Assembly: GCA_963520375.1 (NCBI GenBank) | Contig: CAUQQF010000002.1 | Location: 12,577 to 76,576, forward strand | Origin: an uncultured Flavobacteriaceae bacterium | GTDB lineage: Bacteria; Bacteroidota; Bacteroidia; Flavobacteriales; Weeksellaceae | Length of the DNA stretch: 64,000 bases | Direction of reading: 5' to 3' | In this document: positions 56,889 through 64,000 of the stretch, piece after piece | Layout: each line of letters starts with the position of its first letter | Numbering within the stretch: position 1 is the stretch's first letter | The notes under the pieces: model-generated | Databases searched by the model: none | The model's input: the letters and a program-made list of their open reading frames with translations, nothing else | What the model was told of the DNA's origin: nothing | Program-made: the position numbers and the translations under genes

Positions 56889-59800
56889 ATGATAAAAAAA
56901 TTATTCATTTCCGTATTTCTGTGTTTTTTAGTTTTTATTTCGGGACAAAATTTAAAGGTATCTGAGGTTAAAAAGATTTTTTCTCAGCCTAATTTTTCAG
57001 AATGGAGCATGCCCATTCCCAAAGAAAAGAGCATACCTTTGAAATGGTATCCACGAAATAGTTCTTTGAAGAAAGACGGCATCCAGAGTTTTGTCGGCTA
57101 TTACCAAAATACCCTTGTAGCCAGCTTATCTGTCGGTAAAAACTCAGTTTCAGGAAGTTACACTTACAATAGCTCTTCTTTTAGCATCAGCTCAAAAGGA
57201 AATAATGTTCTTTTTCGTAAAAACGAAGAAGATGAAGTATGTAGTGCAGAAGACCCTTTTCATACACATACAGAGAATACTGAATTAAGCATTTTAGAAG
57301 ATGGAAACGCCGCTCCTAAAATAGCCAATACTAATGTGCTTAGGGTTTATCGACTAGCAATGCCTATTACCCATAATGTATTTAGCAGCTGGTTTTTTAA
57401 TAATGAGATAGATAAAGTGAAAACTTTTTGGGCGGATATAGAAATTTTCCTTAATGAAATCTATATGCGAGATATAGGTGTGCGATTTGAAATAATCAAT
57501 AATGAAAAACTTATCGCCAAAAACGCAAGTGAAGAGTTTTTTTCCAGCTCCCAAAATGCATCATACATCATAAACAACTCCACTCAGCTGATTAACAATC
57601 TTATTGGAGAAAATAATTATGAAACTGGGATTGTTATTTCTCATACTTCCTCCAAAGGAATCTGAGGACTTGCTTACATGTATGCCGTTTATGAAAACCA
57701 TAAAGGCGCTGCACTAGCACGCCCTACAAATAATGTAATTGCTCACGAGATAGGACACCTATTCGGTGGAAGACATACATTCAGCAGTCCTTCGTTTGAT
57801 TATGCTAGTGAAAAAACTGAGCATTTCCGAGGACAATCCGTAATGTCTTATGGCAGTCCTAGAGATTTCTTCTCTTTGTCAAGTATCCATCGCATCCGTG
57901 AGCGACTAGCCTCTGTTCCTTACTATACAGATTCTCAGCGCACTCAAGTCGCAGGTGATAAATCTTTCCCTAATATTCCTCTGGGAATACCTTTCAATAG
58001 CGCACCTCCACAGATTGAAGCCAATCAAATCAAAAATCACTACACTATCCCTGAAAACACTTTTTTCCAATTCTATATTCCTGCGACAGACCCTGACAGC
58101 CCCGAGCTTCTATATACAGCCAATCAAAGAGATGTCCGCCTTGGTGACAGGGAATCCATTGCGCAATATACAGTATATAAACCTACAACAACCAACCCTG
58201 TCCAGCTTCAAAAAAGAATACAGCGAGCAAACCGGGAATGAGGTTGCTAACAGTTGGATTCCCACACAGAAAACTAGCACTTTTACTTTTTGGTTAGGAG
58301 TGAGCGATGCACAACCTCAGCTTCCTTCGGACTATATTACCCAATATAACCTTGTAGAAACCAAAGTGACTGTAAAAGAAGGACTTCCTTTTGTTTTAAC
58401 CAATACCATGAAAAACAAATACAAAGGAGGCAAAAAACTTACGCTTACTTGGCAGGTAGATAATGATATTTTCAAAAACACAAAGGTGAGAATCCTTCTT
58501 TCTGATGATTTTGGAAAAACATATAAACACACTTTGGCTAATAATATTGACAACAATGGAAGCTATGAAGTCACACTGCCCAATATCAACATTGGAAACA
58601 TAAATTTTGGAAATACAGCCATCTCCATTCCTGCTGGAATTATCAAAATAGAGGTCATCGATGGATTAGCTTTTGCTTTGACAAATTACAATCCCAAAAA
58701 TGGCGGCGGCTTCATCATTGAGAAAAATGAAACTCTTCCTGCCTCTTTATCTTTTACTTCTGTTCCAAAGGATATTACGCTTTCTTGTGAAGATACTATC
58801 CCTGCGGTCACTATGCCTACCATGAAAGGAGGATGCAATCCTAAAATCACCTACAAAGATGAAAAAACAAGCGGAAGCTGTTCTAACAAACACATTATCA
58901 AAAGAATCTTCACCGTTACAGATGACTGTAATCAATCTCTTACACATACACAATTAATAAAAGTAGTAGATAATACAGCGCCTGTTTTCATAGAACCACT
59001 CCCACAAAACATCACAATAGAGGAAGGCGATGCTGTCCCTGCACAAGCAACACTTACTGCTAACGATAACTGCGGAACAGCAACAGTAACTTCATCCAAA
59101 AGTGAAGAAAAAACAAACGGAAAAACTTCTAAAATCATTTACAAATGGACTGCTAAAGACAGCTGCGGAAATGAAACAACCCACACACAAATCATCACTA
59201 TAAAACCAAAAGCCGTACAGCCTTTACAATTCTTGGCAAATACGCTCCCTGCTGATATTCATCTTGCCTGTGGAAACAGCATTCCTAATGCCGTTAATCC
59301 AAGCATACAAGGTGGCTGTTCTCCTGTCAGTGTATCTCATTCTGACAGAAGAATAAATGGGCAATGTTCCAACAACTTCACCATTGAGCGTACATACACC
59401 GCAAAAGACAACTGCGGCAACAGCATTTCTCATGTGCAAATCATAAAAGTAGAAGATACAACCGCCCCTACTTTCGTAGAACCTCTTCCTCAAAATATCA
59501 CAATAGAGGAAGGAGATACTGTCCCTGAACAAATAATACTTACTGCCGCTGACAACTGCGGAACAGCGACTGTAACCTCATCTGTAAATGAAGAAAAAAC
59601 AAACGGAAAAACTTCCAAAATCATTTACAAATGGACTGCTAAAGACAGCTGTGGAAACGAAACAACCCACACGCAGGAAATTACCATAAAACTAAAAAAC
59701 ACCCTTGAAAAAGAATCTAAACCAGAGCTTCTTTATCCTAATCCTGTCGCTGATGTGTTTTATCTGCAAGGTTTTTATCACATTCAGGAAGTAAAAGTTT

Positions 59801-59937
59801 TTGATGCTTCGGGAAGACTTATAAAAATATTCCCTGAACAAAAAATTTACAACATCTCTGAGCTGAAAACAGGAATTTATGTTATATTTGTCAAAGGTGA
59901 AAACTATACAAGAAAACTCAAACTAATTAAAAAATAA
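56889..59937 (+). pseudogene. T9SS-secreted reprolysin-like zinc metalloprotease with Cys-rich repeat domains, disrupted (in-frame TGA plus frameshift)
   Basis: Three track ORFs form one gene. 56889..57665 carries the signal peptide and ends at TGA 57663-57665. It is in frame with 57678..58241 (GI*GLAYMYAV...HEIGHLFGGRH zinc motif). That ORF shifts to the +1 frame (57955..59937), most simply at A6 58210-58215. The C-terminus LYPNPVADVFYL...VKVFDASGRLI... is a T9SS sorting domain. Confidence 0.7.
58740..59700 (+). repeat. in-gene tandem duplication (~480-486 bp unit, about 160 aa, two Cys-rich D-x-CGN subdomains each)
   Basis: atcacaatagaggaagg occurs at 59011 and 59497 (486-bp period). 59104-59186 versus 59590-59672 differ at only 3 of 83 nt. 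Confidence 0.85.
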
Positions 59938-59942
59938 AACCC

Positions 59943-62024
59943 ATGAACAAGAGAACACTTCACGCCCTGGCTTTCCTTGCGTCTTTGCAAGGCTTTTGTC
60001 AAGAAAACACGGCGAAAGACAGCATTTCTAATATCAAAGAAATCCAAGAAGTCATCATAAAATCTCAGAAAAGAAAAGTGTTTTCTGACCATGTTTCTTA
60101 TTCTTTTGATGAAAATGCAATAAAGTCTGCACGGTACGCAAAAGACTTGGTGGTAAGTGTTCCACAGCTTCAATTAGACCCTGTTTCTAATAATGTGAGC
60201 AGTATCCGTGGCGGGAAAATCCTTATCCTTATCAATGGAAGAGAATCCTCTAATCTACAGCTTCAAGGAATAAAACCCGAAACCGTTGTCAGAATTGATT
60301 ATTACGATGTTCCGCCTACAAGATGGGCAAACAAGGCTGATTTGGTGGTTAATGTAATTACAAGAAATCCAGAAAATGGCTACACAGGAGGAGCCAGCAT
60401 ACAAAATGCCACTCTTACAGGATTCGTGAATGGTTCGGCGTATTTCACTCACACGAGAGGCAAAAATACTTTTGGGCTGGATTACAATCTGGGTTTCAGA
60501 GACTATGATAACCGAAACTATCACAGCACTTACGAATATCTTTTGAATGGTCAGAAATATCGTTCTGATGAATTTAGAAAGGAACATTTTGGATATACAA
60601 TCCAAGAAATTTCTGCAACATATTCAAATTCAAAGGAAGACAGCTATTCATTTCAAGCTAAATTAAACTTGAATATGAACCATTATTTTTCGAGGGCAAA
60701 TGGAGAAAGTGAATTTATCCAAGGTGCGCTCGCTACACAACACTCATTACTAAACTATGATAATGAGAAGTATATAAATCCTGTTTTAGACCTTTACTTT
60801 AATAAAAATCTTGGTCAAAAAGATGAAATTGTTCTAAATGCAGTCGGTTCTTTTTTCCGAACCCAAAATTCCAAATTGGCTAAAGAATGGGTAACAAATA
60901 CTGGCGCCAGTGTTTTTGAAAACGATATGAACCTCAGCAACAGGCAATTTAACTCCGTCATAGAACTTGCTCATATTCACACCTTTAAGATAGGTAAACT
61001 AAACTCTGGTTATAGATTTAGCAATGAGAATATTTCTAATGACTTGACTAATCTCGCAGGACATTCTGAGTATCAGGTAAATTATTTCAAACAGTATTTC
61101 TACACCGAATTTTCTGGAAAAATAAAAAAGCTGATGTATCGTCTGGGTGTTGGAATTACCAATATTAACAATAAATCCCAATATGAAAGAACTAACGAAT
61201 GGTCTTTCACTCCCAATCTGATTTTAGGATATCAATTATCAAAAAACCAAGCTTTGCAATTGATAAGCTCCTATAAGCCCTCCACTCCCAGTGGCGAGCA
61301 GCTGAGCAGCAATATCGTACAGCTCGTTCCCAACATAGTAAAACAGGGAAATCCATATCTAAAACCAGAATATCTGTGGAAAAACCAGCTGAAATATTCA
61401 TTTAACAATAAGTATTTTGACTTTAATATCATTGCTCTCTATAACAACACCCAAAGCGCAATCACGGAGTATTACTCTTTTGACCACTCTGCCAACCGAT
61501 ATGTTCTAAACTACGAAAACGCAGACCACTACGCCAAAGGAGGCGCCCAGTTTGTGGGAGTTATCAAACCATTTGGGAACAATTATCTGAGAATAACCAC
61601 GCTGCTGGCTCCTATTTGGGAAAAAATCAAAATAAAAGATATAGAAATTAAAAATTCGTACCTGAGTAACAGACTTACACTGGTTTCTCAATACAAGAAT
61701 TTCACGCTTCAATATCAGTTTAATGTTCCTGTGTTTTCGCTGGATGGTGCGTTTTTGTACACCAATGAAAATCAAAACCATTTGTTTTTACAATACAAAA
61801 AGAATGGCTGGACTTTCACATCGGGAATGTATTGGATAGGTGTCCCTTCTGAATACAAGTCAAAAAGTTATAGTAAAAGTTTAGTTGAATTTACAAATCA
61901 CACTAAAATTCAGAATAATAAGAACATGCTCGTTTTTGGAGTTGCTTATGATTTCTCCAAAGGAAAAAACAATGAAATCGATAAAAAATTAGAGAATAGT
62001 GGAGGCAGCGCTGTTAATTTTTAA
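59943..62024 (+). CDS. outer-membrane beta-barrel family protein (TonB-dependent-receptor-like)
   Basis: 693 aa. Signal peptide, plug-like N-terminal region (IRGGKILILINGRES), long beta-barrel pattern, C-terminal ...AVNF. Starts 5 nt after the protease stop. Confidence 0.75.
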   Translation: MNKRTLHALAFLASLQGFCQENTAKDSISNIKEIQEVIIKSQKRKVFSDHVSYSFDENAIKSARYAKDLVVSVPQLQLDPVSNNVSSIRGGKILILINGRESSNLQLQGIKPETVVRIDYYDVPPTRWANKADLVVNVITRNPENGYTGGASIQNATLTGFVNGSAYFTHTRGKNTFGLDYNLGFRDYDNRNYHSTYEYLLNGQKYRSDEFRKEHFGYTIQEISATYSNSKEDSYSFQAKLNLNMNHYFSRANGESEFIQGALATQHSLLNYDNEKYINPVLDLYFNKNLGQKDEIVLNAVGSFFRTQNSKLAKEWVTNTGASVFENDMNLSNRQFNSVIELAHIHTFKIGKLNSGYRFSNENISNDLTNLAGHSEYQVNYFKQYFYTEFSGKIKKLMYRLGVGITNINNKSQYERTNEWSFTPNLILGYQLSKNQALQLISSYKPSTPSGEQLSSNIVQLVPNIVKQGNPYLKPEYLWKNQLKYSFNNKYFDFNIIALYNNTQSAITEYYSFDHSANRYVLNYENADHYAKGGAQFVGVIKPFGNNYLRITTLLAPIWEKIKIKDIEIKNSYLSNRLTLVSQYKNFTLQYQFNVPVFSLDGAFLYTNENQNHLFLQYKKNGWTFTSGMYWIGVPSEYKSKSYSKSLVEFTNHTKIQNNKNMLVFGVAYDFSKGKNNEIDKKLENSGGSAVNF

Positions 62025-62037
62025 ATCTCTATCAAAT

Positions 62038-62070
62038 AAAAAAGACACCATTTTTTAGTGTCTTTTTTAT
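62038..62070. terminator. bidirectional rho-independent terminator
   Basis: aaaagacac-cattttta-gtgtctttt flanked by A and T runs, between convergent genes. Confidence 0.75.
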
Positions 62071-62082
62071 TTTTGTTTTAAA

Positions 62083-64000
62083 CTATATTTTTGATTTTAC
62101 TCTTCCGATGAGCGAATCTTTATTTTCATTCACCTCCAAAATTACCGTATCTCCTTCCTGCATTTCCTTATTCACGAGCATCTCGGCAAGGATATCTTCT
62201 ATGTATTTTTGGATAGCTCTTTTCAGTGGTCTCGCTCCGAAATCTTTATCCCAACCTTTCTCTACGATGAATTCTTTGGCTTCATCTGTCAGCCCCACTT
62301 TATAGTTCAGTTTTTCTAAACGAGAATATAGTTTACCAAGCTCCAAATCTATTATTCTGTGAATATCTTCTTTTTGTAAAGCATTAAAGAAAATAATATC
62401 ATCTATTCTATTAAGAAACTCTGGCGCAAAGGCTCTTTTCAGGGCGTTTTCTATCGTGCTTCTTGCTCTGGCATCAGAAGTGGATTTTTTCGCTGCTGTT
62501 CCGAAACCTACTCCATCTCCGAAATCCTTCAAGTCTCTTGAACCAATATTAGAAGTCAAGATAATAACTGTATTTCGGAAATCTACTTTTCTACCCAAAG
62601 AATCCGTCACGAAACCTTCATCCAAAATTTGCAATAAAATATTGAATACATCTGGGTGTGCTTTTTCTATCTCATCCAAAAGAACCACTGCATAAGGCTT
62701 TCTTCTTACCGCTTCTGTAAGCTGTCCGCCCTCTTCATAACCTACATACCCTGGAGGCGCACCTACCAATCTAGACACCGCGAATTTCTCCATATATTCA
62801 CTCATATCTATTCTGATAAGGGCATCATCAGAGTCAAACAGCTCACGAGCCATCACTTTTGCTAGTTCAGTTTTTCCTACTCCTGTGCTTCCCAAGAAAA
62901 TAAATGTTCCTATCGGTTTCTTAGGGTCTTTCAGACCTGCTCTGTTTCTTTGGATAGCCCGAACAACTTTTTTTACAGCTTCTTCCTGCCCGATAACTTT
63001 TCCATTGAGCACATTGTCCATTTGTGCCAATTTGTCCAATTCGTTTTTGCCCACTTTCGTTACAGGAACTCCACTCATCATAGAAACCACCTCCGCTACA
63101 TTTTCTTCCGTAACGATTTGTTTTCGCTCTTTGATTTCGTTATCCCATTCCTGCTGTGCAAGGTTTAGCTCTATCATCAGGCGTTCTTCCTCTTCTTTGT
63201 ATTTTCTTGCTTCCAAATAATCTTGGGCTTTCACAGCTTTTTGTTTAAGCTCCTTAACTTCCTCTATTTGTTGTTCATACGAGGTAATTGCCGTAGGAAC
63301 TTTCATATTTTTGATATAAACACGAGAGCCCGCCTCATCCATCGCATCGAGAGCTTTGTCAGGAAGGAATCTGTCTGTGATATACCTTGTAGTAAGATTT
63401 ACACAGGCTCGGATAGCCTCATCTGTATAAGTCACATTATGATGCTCTTCGTATTTTTCTTTTACTTGATTTAGTATCTGGATAGTCTCTTCCACGCTGG
63501 TAGGCTCTACCATCACTTTTTGGAAACGACGCTCCAGCGCTCCATCTTTCTCTATATACTGGCGGTATTCATCCAAAGTAGTTGCTCCGATGCACTGGAT
63601 TTCCCCTCGCGCCAAAGCAGGTTTAAAAATATTAGAAGCATCCAGACTTCCTGTGGAACTTCCTGCTCCTACAATGGTGTGCAACTCATCTATAAATAAA
63701 ATGACATCTCTGTTTTTTTCCAGCTCGGTCATTATGGCTTTCATTCGCTCCTCAAACTGCCCACGATATTTAGTTCCAGCAACCAAACTCGCCAAATCAA
63801 GCGTTACCACTCGTTTGTTATAAAGAACTCGCGAAACTTTTTTCTGATGAATTCTCAGCGCCAAACCTTCTGCAATCGCAGACTTCCCTACCCCTGGCTC
63901 ACCGATGAGCAGAGGATTGTTTTTCTTTCTTCGGCTAAGAATCTGGGATACCCTTTCGATTTCGTTTTCACGACCAATCACAGGGTCTAATTTCCCTTCT
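62083..64000 (-). CDS. clpC: ATP-dependent Clp protease ATP-binding subunit ClpC-type (N-terminus beyond window)
   Basis: The ORF stays open to the window end (...[17 protein letters not shown]...). Two AAA+ modules (GEPGVGKSA; GSTGVGKTE) with a short UVR-like linker (QDYLEARKYKEEEERL) instead of a ClpB M-domain. Confidence 0.85.
   Translation of the reverse strand, partial: EGKLDPVIGRENEIERVSQILSRRKKNNPLLIGEPGVGKSAIAEGLALRIHQKKVSRVLYNKRVVTLDLASLVAGTKYRGQFEERMKAIMTELEKNRDVILFIDELHTIVGAGSSTGSLDASNIFKPALARGEIQCIGATTLDEYRQYIEKDGALERRFQKVMVEPTSVEETIQILNQVKEKYEEHHNVTYTDEAIRACVNLTTRYITDRFLPDKALDAMDEAGSRVYIKNMKVPTAITSYEQQIEEVKELKQKAVKAQDYLEARKYKEEEERLMIELNLAQQEWDNEIKERKQIVTEENVAEVVSMMSGVPVTKVGKNELDKLAQMDNVLNGKVIGQEEAVKKVVRAIQRNRAGLKDPKKPIGTFIFLGSTGVGKTELAKVMARELFDSDDALIRIDMSEYMEKFAVSRLVGAPPGYVGYEEGGQLTEAVRRKPYAVVLLDEIEKAHPDVFNILLQILDEGFVTDSLGRKVDFRNTVIILTSNIGSRDLKDFGDGVGFGTAAKKSTSDARARSTIENALKRAFAPEFLNRIDDIIFFNALQKEDIHRIIDLELGKLYSRLEKLNYKVGLTDEAKEFIVEKGWDKDFGARPLKRAIQKYIEDILAEMLVNKEMQEGDTVILEVNENKDSLIGRVKSKI

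Noticed and set aside
57663-57665. In-frame TGA in the metalloprotease as selenocysteine or programmed read-through.
   Set aside because: TGA is used as an ordinary stop elsewhere in the window (for example engB at 9776-9778). I see no convincing stem-loop immediately downstream. The same gene carries a second, independent frameshift. Nonsense mutation or sequencing error is the simpler explanation.
1-64000. Window-wide scan for CRISPR arrays, IS elements/transposases, integrases, prophage blocks, rRNA genes or large dispersed repeats.
   Set aside because: None found. All intergenic gaps are under ~190 bp. The only sizeable repeat is the in-gene duplication at 58740-59700, and the only RNA genes are the three tRNAs.

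Overview
This is a gene-dense, low-GC (by eye mid-30s %, not computed) chromosomal segment of a Bacteroidota/Flavobacteriia-type genome. Three things point to that phylum. Canonical TAnnTTTG -7 promoter boxes sit in front of many genes. One gene carries a T9SS C-terminal sorting domain. Several Bacteroidota-typical genes are present (GH3-like, IPExxxVDY-like, DUF3127-like, 2TM-histidine kinase/LytTR). Anything finer, such as Weeksellaceae, would be a guess.

Content is mostly core housekeeping:
- The 5' half of the dcw cluster (rsmH-ftsL-ftsI-murE-mraY-murD).
- engB, nth, nikR, a DPP-IV/POT peptide-uptake pair, gpsA, clpB, uvrC and pncB.
- An ECF sigma with a membrane partner, an AGCS symporter, tsf, accA, gltX, ftsE, mtaB and aat.
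- A tRNA Leu-Gly-Leu cluster.
- An acpP-fabF-rnc-orf-pyk operon, a prolyl oligopeptidase, a LytS-like kinase/LytTR regulator pair and a partial clpC.

I see no CRISPR array, IS element, integrase, prophage or recognisable defence island, so I cannot point to one clear-cut novel system. The modules that look most like unexplained systems are:
1. Two extra ORFs translationally wedged into the dcw operon.
2. A tightly coupled GH3-adenylating enzyme/DUF5071/MFS operon.
3. A small OB-like DUF3127 protein that ends in the exact SSB C-terminal tip DDDLPF.
4. A locus made of a 2TM-kinase, a LytTR regulator, a T9SS metalloprotease and an OM barrel. It has a tandem palindromic element between kinase and regulator, and the protease is broken by an in-frame TGA plus an A6-run frameshift.
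5. A His/Cys-rich LTXXQ periplasmic protein next to nikR, broken at another A6 run.

Both frameshifts sit in A6 homopolymers, so sequencing error must be excluded before any biology is inferred. All product calls come from reading motifs by eye. No database search was possible.
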